A stretch of 64,000 nt of DNA. It comes from Pseudomonadota bacterium. Its GTDB lineage: Bacteria; Pseudomonadota; Alphaproteobacteria; Sphingomonadales; Sphingomonadaceae. This document shows positions 1 to 10,517 of the stretch, piece by piece. Within the stretch, counting starts at the first letter, position 1. Every line of letters begins with the position of its first letter. The stretch lies in the NCBI GenBank assembly GCA_040388355.1, contig JAZKCD010000016.1, positions 2,137 to 66,136 of the forward strand, written 5' to 3'. The notes under the pieces are model-generated. The model searched no databases and was not told the DNA's origin. It worked only from the letters and a program-made list of their open reading frames with translations. The translations under genes were made by a program, and so were the position numbers.

Positions 1-581
1 CCGGGATGCACCTGCTCCAGGACGCGGTCGGCATAGCCGCGGGCGTCGAGGCTGGCGTCGGGATCCTCGATGTCCCAGGTGACCATGCGGTAGCCGGTGT
101 TGGCGACGGCGATCGGCAGGCCGGTGAGGCGCTTGCCATAGGGCGGGCGGAACAGCGTCGGGCTGGCGCCTTCGCGGCGGAGCAGCGCGTCGGTGCGGCG
201 AATCTCCTCCTCATAGGCGCCGGGGAACAGGCCCCACATCCGCGGATGGCTGTAGCTGTGGTTGCCGAGCTCATGGCCCGCGGCGAGCAGGCGGTGCGCC
301 TCGCCGGGCGCGTTCTCGATTCCGCGGCCGATCAGGAAGAAGGTGGCGTGGGCCCGGTAGCGGGCGAGCACCGGCAGGATCGCGTCGACGCCGGTTTTGT
401 CGGGGCCGTCGTCGAAAGTGAGCGCGACGAGCTTCTCGCTGGTCTCGACGCGGCAGATCGGGGTGCCGATCAGCTGGAAGCAGCGCGCCTTGCTGATCGC
501 GAACAGGGCGATGAGGACGGCGAGCAGGACTGCAAGGATGGCGGCGGCGGCGAGGGTGCGGCGGCGAGTGAGGAAGCGCAT
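1..581 (-). CDS. Polysaccharide deacetylase (NodB/CE4), 3' end runs off the window
   Basis: Manual translation (not in the ORF track): MRFLTRRRTLAAAAIL...LTFDDGP...HELGNHSYSH...FRPPYG...MVTWD, the CE4 motifs plus an N-terminal membrane anchor. Confidence 0.9.
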   Translation of the reverse strand, partial: MRFLTRRRTLAAAAILAVLLAVLIALFAISKARCFQLIGTPICRVETSEKLVALTFDDGPDKTGVDAILPVLARYRAHATFFLIGRGIENAPGEAHRLLAAGHELGNHSYSHPRMWGLFPGAYEEEIRRTDALLRREGASPTLFRPPYGKRLTGLPIAVANTGYRMVTWDIEDPDASLDARGYADRVLEQVHP

Positions 582-661
582 CGCGGGAGACTGCCATTGT
601 CGGGGGCGTCGCGCTACGGCGGATCAGCAGTCGACAAGCGGAGAAGCGGCGTGGGAAGCTC

Positions 662-939
662 GTGGGTGGCCTGGGCACCGAAATCCCGGAGGAGAAGCAG
701 ACCGTCCGGCTCGGGATGACCGACTGCTTGTGGGTCAAGGACGAGCCTCTGGTGATCTGGCTCACCGCGCTCGGCGAAACCTCGGACGCGAGGGACCACC
801 GCAGCTCGGCGAAAAGATCGGCCTGATCGAGCTGGGCTCGAATATCGCGCGGCTGCTGGTCGGCGGGTTCTACGCCGGAGAGCATTCGCGGCAACGATGG
901 GGGCTGGCTCCCGTCGAGAAGTGGGAACGCTGGGAATGA
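662..939 (+). pseudogene. Possible frameshifted small ORF
   Basis: Two segments with GC-rich third positions in different frames (VGGLGTEIPEEKQTVRLGMTDCLWVKDEPLVIWLTALGE, then NLGREGPPQLGEKIGLIELGSNIARLLVGG...WERWE*) join at ggcgaaacctc near 775-782; no family recognised. Confidence 0.25.
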
Positions 940-942
940 CGG

Positions 943-1293
943 CTAGGTAAGCCCGTCGAGCGCCTTGCCGACGCTGTCCATGGTGAAAGGCTTGGAGAGG
1001 ACGGGCCGGGCGCGGTGGGCTTCGGCGATGGTGTCCCCTGCCCCGCCGGTCGCCAGCACGAACGGGATGCCCGCGGCGGCAAGCGCATCGGCGATCGGCC
1101 AGCTCTGCTCGCCGCCGCGCAGATTGACGTCGAGGATCGCGGCGTCGACGCCGCCCTCGGCGAGCCGCGCGAGCGCGTCGGCGACGTTATCGGCGGTGCC
1201 CGCCACGGCGCGGTCGAGCGCGTCGAGGAAATCCTCGAGCATCATCGCGATGAGCGGCTCGTCCTCGACGATCAGGATGCGTTGGGTTGTCAT
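943..1293 (-). CDS. Single-domain response regulator (CheY-like receiver)
   Basis: ILIVEDE...AAILDVNL...FVLATG...LSKPF. Confidence 0.9.
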   Translation of the reverse strand: MTTQRILIVEDEPLIAMMLEDFLDALDRAVAGTADNVADALARLAEGGVDAAILDVNLRGGEQSWPIADALAAAGIPFVLATGGAGDTIAEAHRARPVLSKPFTMDSVGKALDGLT

Positions 1294-1445
1294 GCGGCGG
1301 GCTTCTGGGCGGGGCGGGTTGAACGCCGGTTGAATCGCGGATGCGGCGACTGTTCATCTTCGGTCATGGTCATCGCCGCATCATTCTGATTCTGCACCGT
1401 TTCGTTGCTCCGTCCCTTATGCACGCGAACGCCAAACGCCAAGAC

Positions 1446-3833
1446 TCATTTCGCAGCCAGAATGTCGCGGGTGGCCTCGGCAAGCTGCTGAACCGAAAAG
1501 GGTTTGGGCAGGAAGGCGACATTGTCGAGGTCGATCGACTTGCGCAGCTGCTCCTCGGCATAGCCCGACATGAACAGGATCGGCAGGTCGGGATATTTGA
1601 CGCGGACGTGGCGCGCCATGGTCGGGCCGTCCATCAGCGGCATGACGACGTCGGAGATCAGCAGGTCGGGCCTGGCCTCGGTCTCGAGCAGCTCGAGCGC
1701 GGCCTCGCCATTCTCGGCGGTGCGGACGGTATAGCCCTGGCGAGTGAGCGCACGCTCGGCGATGGCGCGGACCATGTCCTCGTCCTCGACCACGAGGATG
1801 GTGCCGGTGCCCCACAGGTCGGCGGGCTTTTCCTTGACCGGCAGCGGAGTCTTGGCCGCGGTCGCCTCGGCGGCGGCGTGGACGGGCAGGTAGATGGTGA
1901 ATTCGGCACCTCCCCCGTCGGCATTGTCCGCGAAGATGAAGCCGCCCGACTGCTTGATGATGCCGTAGACGGTCGACAGGCCGAGCCCGGTGCCCTTGCC
2001 GATCTCCTTGGTGGTGAAGAAGGGCTCGAAGATCTTCGAGACGATCTCGGGCGGGATGCCGGTGCCGGTGTCGGAGATGCGCAGCGCGGTATAGTCGCCG
2101 ACGGGGAGGATCGCGTCGTCCATCTCGCGGACCTCGGCCGAGGAGACCGCCATCGTCTCGATCGTCAGCGTGCCGCCGCCGGTGGGGTTCTTCGACAGCA
2201 TCGCGTCGCGGGCGTTGACTCCGAGATTGACGACGACCTGCTCGAGCTGGCCGGGATCGGCGCGGACGGGGCCGAGGTTGCGGCCGTGCTTGACGTCGAG
2301 ATGGACGGTCTCGCCGAGCAGCCGCTTGAGCAGGTTGGAGACCTCCGAGATCACGTCGGGCAGCTGGAGCACTTGCGGGCGCAGCGTCTGCTGGCGCGAG
2401 AAGGCGAGCAGCTGGCGGGTCAGCGAGGCGGCGCGGTTCGAATTGGCGCGGATCTGCTGGATATCGTCATAGTCGCTGTCGCCGGGCGAATGGCGCATCA
2501 GCATCAGGTCGCAATGGCCGATGATCGCGGTCAGGATGTTGTTGAAATCGTGCGCGACGCCGCCGGCAAGCTGGCCGACCGCCTGCATCTTGGTGGCCTG
2601 CGCGACCTGGCGCTTGAGCTTGCCCTCCTCGCCCGAATCCTTGAGGCTGATCAGGACGGCAGCGTCGCCGAGGCCGCGGGCGCCGGCGATCTTGATCGAG
2701 ACGCCTTCGTCGGGCGCGTCGACGAAGCGGACGGTCATCTCGGCCGATTGCGGCGCGCCGCTGCCGAACTTGCGGATCGCATCGGACAGCGCGCTCTTGT
2801 CCTCGCGCACCACCAGGTCGCCCGGGTAGACCGGCGGCGCGGCGGCGTTGATCCGCGCGGCGCGCACGAAGGCGTCGTTCATGCTCACGAAGCGCCCGTC
2901 GCGGTCGACCAGCGCGATCCCCGAGGGGAGCAGCGCGATCAGCGAGCGGACATGCGCGGTGGCGGTGGGGCCGATCGCCGGGGTCGCGGCCGCGCCGGGC
3001 TCCTCGTCGAGCAAAGCGACGAGCATCGGCGCGTCCTCGCCGTCGAGAAAGGGGATCTGGAGGACGCGCAACGGGGTGCCGGTCAGGCCCTCGCGCTCGA
3101 AGCGGACCTGGCCGGTGGAGTCGGTGATCAGGAAGCGCGCGAAGTCGCGGCCCTCGGCATTGGTCTCGGCGCTGCCCATCGCGCGGGCGTGGAAGACGCG
3201 GTTGGCCGAGCGGACGCGGCCTTCGGGCGAGACCATCGCGGTCATGATGCCCGCGGTGCCCATCCGGTCGCCGGTGTGGCCGGCGATCAGCGCCTCGACC
3301 TGCGCGGCGAGATCGAGCGCCTGGACCCCGACGAAGCGCCATACCAAAGCCTCCTCGCCGACGCGCGAGACGCGGGCGCTGACCGGGGCGCCGAACACTT
3401 GGAGATCGTCGCACCGCCCCTCGCCGTCGCGCCACGCGGCGCGGCCGGCATCGCCGAGGCGCGCGGCAGCGGCGTCGCTCAAGGGCAGGCCCGGCGGGGT
3501 CGGGAAGCCGGCGAACAGCGCTTCGTAGCGGTTGTTGGCGCAGACGAGACGGCCGGCGCGGTCGGTAACCGCGAGCGCATGGTCGCTGGCCGAGGCGAGC
3601 GCCTGCGCGACCGACCAGTCGACGCTGGTCTCGGCGGCGGCGCCGGGCGCGAGCATGCGGCGCGCGGCAAAGACCGTGGCGGCAGCGATCAGCCCCGCGG
3701 CGATGAAGCCGATCGCGACCGCGCGGTCGTTGAGCGTGAGGAGGACGATCGCGCCCGCGACGAAGCCGGCGATGACCGCCGCGAGGAGGGGCAGCATCGG
3801 CTTGGGCTGGGATGAGGCTGGGAGCGTCGCCAT
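1446..3833 (-). CDS. cckA: Hybrid sensor histidine kinase CckA
   Basis: Two TM helices, PAS-like regions, [45 protein letters not shown], and a C-terminal receiver domain. Confidence 0.85.
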   Translation of the reverse strand: MATLPASSQPKPMLPLLAAVIAGFVAGAIVLLTLNDRAVAIGFIAAGLIAAATVFAARRMLAPGAAAETSVDWSVAQALASASDHALAVTDRAGRLVCANNRYEALFAGFPTPPGLPLSDAAAARLGDAGRAAWRDGEGRCDDLQVFGAPVSARVSRVGEEALVWRFVGVQALDLAAQVEALIAGHTGDRMGTAGIMTAMVSPEGRVRSANRVFHARAMGSAETNAEGRDFARFLITDSTGQVRFEREGLTGTPLRVLQIPFLDGEDAPMLVALLDEEPGAAATPAIGPTATAHVRSLIALLPSGIALVDRDGRFVSMNDAFVRAARINAAAPPVYPGDLVVREDKSALSDAIRKFGSGAPQSAEMTVRFVDAPDEGVSIKIAGARGLGDAAVLISLKDSGEEGKLKRQVAQATKMQAVGQLAGGVAHDFNNILTAIIGHCDLMLMRHSPGDSDYDDIQQIRANSNRAASLTRQLLAFSRQQTLRPQVLQLPDVISEVSNLLKRLLGETVHLDVKHGRNLGPVRADPGQLEQVVVNLGVNARDAMLSKNPTGGGTLTIETMAVSSAEVREMDDAILPVGDYTALRISDTGTGIPPEIVSKIFEPFFTTKEIGKGTGLGLSTVYGIIKQSGGFIFADNADGGGAEFTIYLPVHAAAEATAAKTPLPVKEKPADLWGTGTILVVEDEDMVRAIAERALTRQGYTVRTAENGEAALELLETEARPDLLISDVVMPLMDGPTMARHVRVKYPDLPILFMSGYAEEQLRKSIDLDNVAFLPKPFSVQQLAEATRDILAAK

Positions 3834-3874
3834 GGGGCTCGTGTGTGACGGCGGTGCGCGAGGGTCAAGAACTA

Positions 3875-4011
3875 CTCTCCCTCTCCCCTTGTGGGAGAGG
3901 GAGGGAGGAGCGCAGCGACGGAAGGGTGAGGGGGAGTGAGACCTGAGTCCCCCTCACCCTTCCCAAGCCTTCGGCTTGGGCCCCTTCCCTCTCCCACAAG
4001 GGGAGAGGGAG
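3875..4011. repeat. Composite palindromic intergenic element (family B)
   Basis: Terminal hairpins ctctccccttgtgggagag and ctctcccacaaggggagag, internal hairpin cccaagccttcggcttggg; a related copy lies at 56196-56321. Confidence 0.85.
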
Positions 4012-4017
4012 AAGAAG

Positions 4018-6099
4018 CTACCAGATCCGCACCCGCTTTTCCGGTGCGAGATACAGCTTCTGCGCCGCATCCGGCGCGAAGGCCGAGTACCAGGGGTCGA
4101 GGTTGCGGACCACCGCGGCGCGCTGCTCGCTCGGCGAGTGCGGATCGGTCAGCAGGCGCTGGCGGAGGTTCGCCTCGCGATAGTTGCGCCGCCAGACCTG
4201 CGCCCAGCCGAGATAGAAGCGCTGGTCGCCCGAATAGCCGTCGATCACCGGCGCCGGCTGGCCGTTCAGCGCATGGCGATAGGCGTCGTACGCCACCGTC
4301 AGCCCGGCGAGATCGGCGACATTCTCGCCCAGCGTCAGCGCGCCCTTCACATGCATGCCGGGGAGCGGCTCATACTGGTCGTACTGCGCCGACAGCGCGT
4401 CGGTGCGCGCCTTGAAGTTGGCGACGTCCTGCGGAGTCCACCAGTCGGTCAGGCGGCCCTCGCCGTTATATTTGGCGCCCTGGTCGTCGAAATGATGGCT
4501 GAGCTCATGCCCGATCACTGCGCCGATGCCGCCATAGTTCACCGCCGGATCGGCGTTGGGATCGAAGAAGGGCGGCTGGAGGATCGCGGCGGGGAAGACG
4601 ATCTCGACCATGCCGAAATTGGCATAGGCGTTGATCGTCATCGGGGTCATCCCCCATTCCCAGCGGCGGATCGGAGTGCCGAGCTTGGCGACATTGTCGT
4701 CATACCCCCACTGATTGGCGCGCAGATTGTTGCCGAAGGCGTCGCCCGCGGTGATCTGCAGCGCCGAATAATCGTGCCACTGGCTGGGATAGCCGATCTT
4801 CGGGGTGAAGGACGCCAGCTTCTGGTGCGCCTTGACCTTGGTCTCGGGCGCCATCCATTCGAGCTGGTCGATGCGGCGGTCCATCGCGGCGATGACATTC
4901 TTCACCAGCTCGTCGGCCGCGGCCTTGGTCTCGGGCGGGAAATACTTTTCCACGTAGACCTTCGACACATCGTCGGCGAGGCTGCCGGTGGTGAAGTCGA
5001 CTGCGCGCTTCCAGCGGATTTCCTGCTCGGGGGTGCCCGACAGGGTGGTGCCGTAGAAGGCGAAATTCTCCTTGTCGAAGGCGCTGGGCAGCACATCGGC
5101 GTAATTGTCGAGGCTGCGGACCAGCAGCTGGTCGCGCAGCACGCCGATCGGCGCGGTGCGGATGAGCCTGGCGATGCCGGTGATCGCGCTCGGCTGGGCG
5201 ACGATGACGCTGTCGGTCTTGACGTTGCCCGCCGCGAACATCGCCGCAAAATCGAAGCCCGGCGCCGATTTGGCGAGCTGGGCGACGGTCATCATGTTGT
5301 AGGTCTTGTTGGCGTCGCGGCTGTCGACGCGGGTCCAGCTGACCTTGGCGATCTCGGTCTCGAACGCGACCAGCGCCTTGGCGCGCGCCGCGGCATTGGG
5401 CTCGCCCGCCAGCGTCAGCACGTTGGTCAGATGCTTCTCGTACGCCGCCTTGGTCTCGACCAGCTTGGCGTCGGTCGAGAGATAATAGTCGCGGTCGGGC
5501 ATGCCGAGCCCCGACTGGAACAGGTTGAGCGCATAGACTTCGGGGTTCTTGTCGTCCTGGCCGATGAACCCGCCGAACGGCGTGCCGACGCCGTTGCGCC
5601 GCGCCTGGGCGACGAGCGCGGGATAGCCCGCCTTCGAGCGGAGGCCCTTGATCTGATCGAGCCAGGGCTGGATCGGGGCGAGGCCCTTGGCGTCGATCGT
5701 CTTGGTGTCGAGATAAGTGGCGTAGGCGATGCCGATCTTCGAGTTCGGGTCGGTCCTGGCTTCCTCGAGGATCGAATGGGTGCGGTCGTGCGACAGATCG
5801 TCGAGCAGGTTGAACGAGCCGTAGTTCGACTTGTCCGCGGGGATCGCGGTGTTCCGCGCCCAGGTGCCGTTGCCATAGGCGTAGAAATTGTCGCCCGGGG
5901 CGACGCTCTTGTCCATGCCGGCCTCGTCGAAGCCGAAGCTGCCATACTGCGGCTTGGGACGCGCGGGCTCGGGCGCGGGCTCGGCGGGCGGCGGGGGGAC
6001 GACTTCGGCCACGGCGGCCGGCGGCGGCGTCTGCGAGGCGCACGAGGAGAGCAAGGCCGTGCCGGCGAGCAAGCTGGTGGCGAGGAGCGTAAGACGCAT
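4018..6099 (-). CDS. M13 family zinc metallopeptidase (PepO/neprilysin-like) lipoprotein
   Basis: Lipobox LLSSC, VIGHELSHHFD (HExxH), GENVADLAG, INAY; start refined to MRLTLL. Confidence 0.92.
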   Translation of the reverse strand: MRLTLLATSLLAGTALLSSCASQTPPPAAVAEVVPPPPAEPAPEPARPKPQYGSFGFDEAGMDKSVAPGDNFYAYGNGTWARNTAIPADKSNYGSFNLLDDLSHDRTHSILEEARTDPNSKIGIAYATYLDTKTIDAKGLAPIQPWLDQIKGLRSKAGYPALVAQARRNGVGTPFGGFIGQDDKNPEVYALNLFQSGLGMPDRDYYLSTDAKLVETKAAYEKHLTNVLTLAGEPNAAARAKALVAFETEIAKVSWTRVDSRDANKTYNMMTVAQLAKSAPGFDFAAMFAAGNVKTDSVIVAQPSAITGIARLIRTAPIGVLRDQLLVRSLDNYADVLPSAFDKENFAFYGTTLSGTPEQEIRWKRAVDFTTGSLADDVSKVYVEKYFPPETKAAADELVKNVIAAMDRRIDQLEWMAPETKVKAHQKLASFTPKIGYPSQWHDYSALQITAGDAFGNNLRANQWGYDDNVAKLGTPIRRWEWGMTPMTINAYANFGMVEIVFPAAILQPPFFDPNADPAVNYGGIGAVIGHELSHHFDDQGAKYNGEGRLTDWWTPQDVANFKARTDALSAQYDQYEPLPGMHVKGALTLGENVADLAGLTVAYDAYRHALNGQPAPVIDGYSGDQRFYLGWAQVWRRNYREANLRQRLLTDPHSPSEQRAAVVRNLDPWYSAFAPDAAQKLYLAPEKRVRIW

Positions 6100-6202
6100 C
6101 GAGTAATCCCCTACGGAAATTCGGATGCGCCGTATTAGGCCGATAGCACGGCTCGTCAATCGACCTGCGAAGCCTGCCAATGTCTTGCGAAAACAGGCGG
6201 TT

Positions 6203-6730
6203 TTACGCAACTTCCGTGCGTCTGGCGGCGCGTTTGCGCCACTTCCGGGCGATCCACCAGCGCCACCCCAAAGCCGTGCCGAAATAGCCGACCACCGCGA
6301 GCACCGCCGTGATCGTGACGAGTCCCGTCAGCGTCGCCGGGCCGGCCTGGTGGAGCAGCCAGTCGCTCCAGCTGGTCTCGGCGGGCATCCCCGGGCCATG
6401 GCCCTGCGCCTTCTGCCCGAGCATCCAGCTGCCGAGATAATAGGCCGCGACCCATAGCGGCGGGGTGGTGACCGGATTGGTGAGGAAGGTGGTCGCCGCG
6501 GCGGCGGGGATGTTGGCGCGCAGGGGGAGCGCGAAGATCGCCGAGGCGGGGATCTGCCCCATCGGCACGAGGATGCCGGTGACCATGCCGAGCGCGACTC
6601 CGCGCGGCACCGACCGGCGGGTCAAGCGCCACAGCGAGGTGTGGAGGACGCGGTCGGCGACCGGCTTCAGCCAGCGATTCTCGCCGATCGATTCGCGCGT
6701 GGGGGTCGCCTTGTCGAGCATCCGGCGCAT
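6203..6730 (-). CDS. DUF2062 family membrane protein
   Basis: LWRLTRRSVPRGVALG...NPVTTPPL. Confidence 0.8.
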   Translation of the reverse strand: MRRMLDKATPTRESIGENRWLKPVADRVLHTSLWRLTRRSVPRGVALGMVTGILVPMGQIPASAIFALPLRANIPAAAATTFLTNPVTTPPLWVAAYYLGSWMLGQKAQGHGPGMPAETSWSDWLLHQAGPATLTGLVTITAVLAVVGYFGTALGWRWWIARKWRKRAARRTEVA

Positions 6731-6755
6731 CCGGCCGGGGCCCGGCGGCAAAGGA

Positions 6756-7238
6756 TCAGCCGCGATCGCGCATGATCCTTCCCTGCTCGCGCTTCCAGTC
6801 GCGCTCCTTGATGGTCTCGCGCTTGTCATGCGTCTTCTTGCCCTTGGCGAGCGCGAGCTCGACCTTGGCGCGCCCGTTCCCGTTGAAATAGATCGACAGC
6901 GGCACGAGGGTCATCCCCTCGCGCGCCACCGCGCCGTGGAGCTTGTTTATCTCGCGCTCATGAAGGAGCAATTTACGCGGACGCTTGGGCTCGTGGTTGA
7001 AGCGGTTGCCGTGGCTGAATTCGGGGACGTTGGCGTTGATTAGCCAGACCTGGCCTTCCTTGACCTCGGCATAGGCCTCGGCGATCGAGCCCTCGCCGAA
7101 GCGCAGCGACTTAACCTCGGTGCCGGTGAGCGCGATTCCGGCCTCGTAGACCGTCTCGATGAAATATTCGTACCGCGCGCGCCGGTTCTCGGCGACGGTC
7201 TTCACTTTCTCGAAGGCGGTGGGACGGGGACGGGCCAT
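6756..7238 (-). CDS. smpB: SsrA-binding protein SmpB
   Basis: [44 protein letters not shown]. Confidence 0.98.
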   Translation of the reverse strand: MARPRPTAFEKVKTVAENRRARYEYFIETVYEAGIALTGTEVKSLRFGEGSIAEAYAEVKEGQVWLINANVPEFSHGNRFNHEPKRPRKLLLHEREINKLHGAVAREGMTLVPLSIYFNGNGRAKVELALAKGKKTHDKRETIKERDWKREQGRIMRDRG

Positions 7239-7302
7239 GGAGGGCGCGATGTAGGGGGTCGAGGGCGGAAGGGGAAGCGGCGAAGCGGTCTATATCTCTA
7301 CG

Positions 7303-7411
7303 CCGTCACCCCGGCCTTGTGCCGGGGTCCACTCATCCGCGCGCGTTGGACAAGCGGCTCGATGGCAGCGCTGGCCGTCCGGTGGACCCCGGCACAAGGC
7401 CGGGGTGACGG
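7303..7411. repeat. REP doublet (CGTC-tagged type), perfect 30-bp inverted arms
   Basis: ccgtcaccccggccttgtgccggggtccac (7303-7332) and its exact reverse complement (7382-7411); each arm is itself a hairpin. Confidence 0.9.
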
Positions 7412-7434
7412 AGGATTTGTGGAAGCGGCCGGGG

Positions 7435-8316
7435 TTAGAGGAGGCCGGCGTGCGCCAGCGCCGCGTCTACCGCCGCTCTGCTCGCCTCGTACGGCTCGAC
7501 CATGGGCAGGCGGAGTTCGGTGGGAATGCCTGGCCGCACCTTCCCTAGCGCGTACTTCACCGGGCCCGGCGAGGCGTCGGTGAACATGGCGGTGTGGAGG
7601 GGGAAGAGGCGATCATGGAGCGCCAGCGCCGCCGCATAGTCCCCCGCCGCGCATGCCGCCTGGAATTCGGCGCACAGCTTCGGCGCGACATTGGCGGTGA
7701 CCGAGATGCAGCCCACCCCGCCCATCGCATTGTACGCCAGCCCGAGATCGTCATTGCCCGAGAGCTGCGCGAACTCCGCCCCCAGCGCCGCCCGGTGCGC
7801 CGAGACGCGGGCGAGGTCGCCCGTCGCGTCCTTCACCGCGACGAACTTGCCCGGAAAGGCCCGGACGATGCGGACCAGCGTCTCGACCTGGATGTCGGTG
7901 ACGGTGCGGCCGGGGACGTTGTAGAGGATGATCGGCAGGCCGCATTCGGCCTGGACCGCCTCGAAATGGCGGAAGATGCCTTCCTGGCTCGGGCGGTTGT
8001 AATAAGGCGGGACCATCAGCACCGCGTCGGCGCCGCAGTCCATCGCTTCGCGGCAATTGGCGATCGCCACCGCGGTGTCGTTCGATCCGGTGCCGGCGAT
8101 GACGGGCACGCGGTCGCGCGCCTGCTCGACGCACACCTTCACGACGTGGAAATGCTCGCCCTTGGGCATCGTCGCGGACTCGCCGGTGGTGCCGCACGGG
8201 ACCAGAGCCGCCGAGCCCTCGGCGATCTGCCACTCGATCAGGTCGCGATAATCCTGCTCGGCGAAAGCGCCGTTTCGGAACGGCGTCACCAGCGCCGGAA
8301 TCGAGCCGGAGAACAT
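7435..8316 (-). CDS. dapA: 4-hydroxy-tetrahydrodipicolinate synthase
   Basis: GTTGES, PPYYNRP, LYNVPGRT, AVKDATG. Confidence 0.97.
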   Translation of the reverse strand: MFSGSIPALVTPFRNGAFAEQDYRDLIEWQIAEGSAALVPCGTTGESATMPKGEHFHVVKVCVEQARDRVPVIAGTGSNDTAVAIANCREAMDCGADAVLMVPPYYNRPSQEGIFRHFEAVQAECGLPIILYNVPGRTVTDIQVETLVRIVRAFPGKFVAVKDATGDLARVSAHRAALGAEFAQLSGNDDLGLAYNAMGGVGCISVTANVAPKLCAEFQAACAAGDYAAALALHDRLFPLHTAMFTDASPGPVKYALGKVRPGIPTELRLPMVEPYEASRAAVDAALAHAGLL

Positions 8317-8378
8317 AGTCCCGAAAATATCCCTAATGTTGGAAATCAGGGCTGGCAGATAGGGTAGGTTTCCGTATC

Positions 8379-10394
8379 ATGTCCACCATGCTGGGTGCCG
8401 GTATCAAGAGCGCGTTGTTGTTCGTGGGCGTGTCGGGCCTCGCCGCGTCGTCGCGGATGACGCAGGAGCAGATCGCCTGGTACCAGCAGGCGATCGAAAG
8501 CGGGCTTTCGCAGACCGCGCCTTCCTATATCCCGTCGGGCGAGCTGAGCGGCGCGCTGGCCGAATGGAACCGGCTGCAGCAGTCGGATAATTTCCCTTTC
8601 TCCGATTACGCCAACTTCATGCTGATGCACCCCGGCTGGCCCGGCGAGACCGCGCGACGCGCGGCGGCGGAGACGGTGCTCGAGAGCGGGACCTGGGCGC
8701 CGGGGCTAGTGGTGCGCTATTTCGAGCGCTTCCCGCCGGTCACTCCCGCGGGCAATCTCCGCTACGCCGAGGCGCTGGCCGCGTCGGGACGCCAGGCCGA
8801 GGGCGAGCAGCTGGCGCGCAAGGCGTGGCGCGCGGGTGTGCTGCGGCCCGGCGACGAGGCGCGGCTGACCGGCGCCTTCGCGGGCGCGCTGACGGTCGAC
8901 GATCACGATGCGCGCGAGGACATGCTGCTGTGGCAGAATTCGCTCGCCTCGGCGCAGCGCCAGCTGGGGATGACCTCGGCGGGGCGGCGCGCGGTGTTCG
9001 AAGCGCGGATCGCGTTCCGCTCCAAGGCCGCCGATGCCGATGCCAAGGGCGCCGCGGCGATGGCGGCGGGGCGCGGCGATCCCGGCTTCATCGCCGACCG
9101 TGCGCGCTGGCTGCGCGAAAGCGGCCAGGGGATGGCGGCGCGCGCCTATCTCGGGCAGCCGCGCACGCTTGCCTTCCGCCCCGGGCACGTCGAGAAATGG
9201 TACGAAGTGCTGCTCGCCTCGGCGCAGGCGGCGCAGGCCGACGGGCAGTACGACCTCGCTTATCGCATCGCCAGCCAGGTCGACGATGCCTATCCGGCGG
9301 GGACCGACGTCAGCGACCGGCCCTATGGCGAGCGCGACGATTATACGAGCCTCACCTGGCTCGCCGGCAATGTCGCGCTCTACCAGCTCCAGCGGCCGCG
9401 CGACGCGACGGGGATGTTCGAGCGCTACAGCCATGGCTCGAAGACTCCGCAGACTCAGTCCAAGGGACTCTATTGGGCGGGCCGCGCGGCCGAGGCGGCG
9501 GGCGACAGCGCGGCGTCGAATGCCTATTACGAGCGCGCGGCGGGCTATCCCGACCTTTATTACGGCCAGCTCGCGAGCGAGCGGCTGGGACGGTCGCTGC
9601 GCCGGCCCCCCGATTTCAATGCGCGGGTCAGCGATCCGGCGGTGCGCGACGCCTTCTACCGGCGCGAAGTGGTGCGCGCGGCGCAACTGCTCGGCACGCT
9701 CAACAATTATGCCGACCAGGGCGTGTTCATCCGCCAGATCGCCAAGGACGCGACCAGCGACTCCGACCATATCCTCGCTGCCGAGCTGAGCCGCGCGATC
9801 GGGCGGCCCGATCTGGGGGTGATGGTCGGGCGCAGCGCGCTCGAGAACGGCTTCTCGGACTATACCGCGGCGGGCTACCCGTCGGTGCGGGTGCCCGAGG
9901 CGCAGCAGGATTACTGGACGATCATCCACGCGATCGCGCGGCAGGAGAGCCAGTTCGACCGCGCCGCGGTGAGCCATGCCGGCGCGCGCGGGCTGATGCA
10001 GCTGATGCCGGGCACCGCGCGCGAGACCGCGGGCAAGCTCGGGATGGGCTACAATGTCTCGTCGCTGACGGTCGACACCGATTACAACATCCAGCTCGGC
10101 TCGACCTATTTCAAGCGGATGTTCGGCATCTATGGCAGCTATCCGCTGGCAGTGGCGGCGTACAATGCCGGGCCGGGCAATGTGAACAAGTGGATCGCCG
10201 CCAATGGCGACCCGCGGCTGCCGGGCGGCGACATGGTGCGCTGGATCGAGCAGATCCCGATCTTCGAGACCAAGAACTATGTCCAGCGGGTGCTGGAGAA
10301 TGCGGTGGTCTACGACCTGCTCAACCCCCAGCGCGCGCGGAGCCAGGGGCCGTCGAATTTGAGCTGGTATCTTGGGAAGAGGCGGCCGGGTTAA
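8379..10394 (+). CDS. Soluble lytic transglycosylase (Slt70-like)
   Basis: C-terminal SLT domain: IARQESQF, GARGLMQLMPGTA, AAYNAGPG, ETKNYVQRV. Confidence 0.93.
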   Translation: MSTMLGAGIKSALLFVGVSGLAASSRMTQEQIAWYQQAIESGLSQTAPSYIPSGELSGALAEWNRLQQSDNFPFSDYANFMLMHPGWPGETARRAAAETVLESGTWAPGLVVRYFERFPPVTPAGNLRYAEALAASGRQAEGEQLARKAWRAGVLRPGDEARLTGAFAGALTVDDHDAREDMLLWQNSLASAQRQLGMTSAGRRAVFEARIAFRSKAADADAKGAAAMAAGRGDPGFIADRARWLRESGQGMAARAYLGQPRTLAFRPGHVEKWYEVLLASAQAAQADGQYDLAYRIASQVDDAYPAGTDVSDRPYGERDDYTSLTWLAGNVALYQLQRPRDATGMFERYSHGSKTPQTQSKGLYWAGRAAEAAGDSAASNAYYERAAGYPDLYYGQLASERLGRSLRRPPDFNARVSDPAVRDAFYRREVVRAAQLLGTLNNYADQGVFIRQIAKDATSDSDHILAAELSRAIGRPDLGVMVGRSALENGFSDYTAAGYPSVRVPEAQQDYWTIIHAIARQESQFDRAAVSHAGARGLMQLMPGTARETAGKLGMGYNVSSLTVDTDYNIQLGSTYFKRMFGIYGSYPLAVAAYNAGPGNVNKWIAANGDPRLPGGDMVRWIEQIPIFETKNYVQRVLENAVVYDLLNPQRARSQGPSNLSWYLGKRRPG

Positions 10395-10420
10395 GTTTCA
10401 CCCGCAGGAATAATCGCTTA

Positions 10421-10504
10421 CTTGTTCCCCTGCGAAAGCAGGGGCCCAGAGCCAAGCAGGTCATCGCTCGTGACCCTGGACCCCTGCTTGCGCAGGGGAA
10501 CAAG
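10421..10504. repeat. REP doublet
   Basis: cttgttcccctgcgaaagcaggggcccag and ctggacccctgcttgcgcaggggaacaag (29-bp inverted arms, 2 mismatches). Confidence 0.88.
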
Positions 10505-10517
10505 AAGGTTTTGACAT

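Noticed and set aside
1341-3815. 824-aa plus-strand ORF
   Set aside because: Antisense shadow of cckA, an artefact of high-GC codon bias. The same applies to 3976-6138, 22591-24447, 26882-29176, 31845-34712, 48292-51810, 53988-56165 and 59191-61083.
6756-7238. tmRNA gene near smpB
   Set aside because: No ssrA-like sequence recognised in the window.
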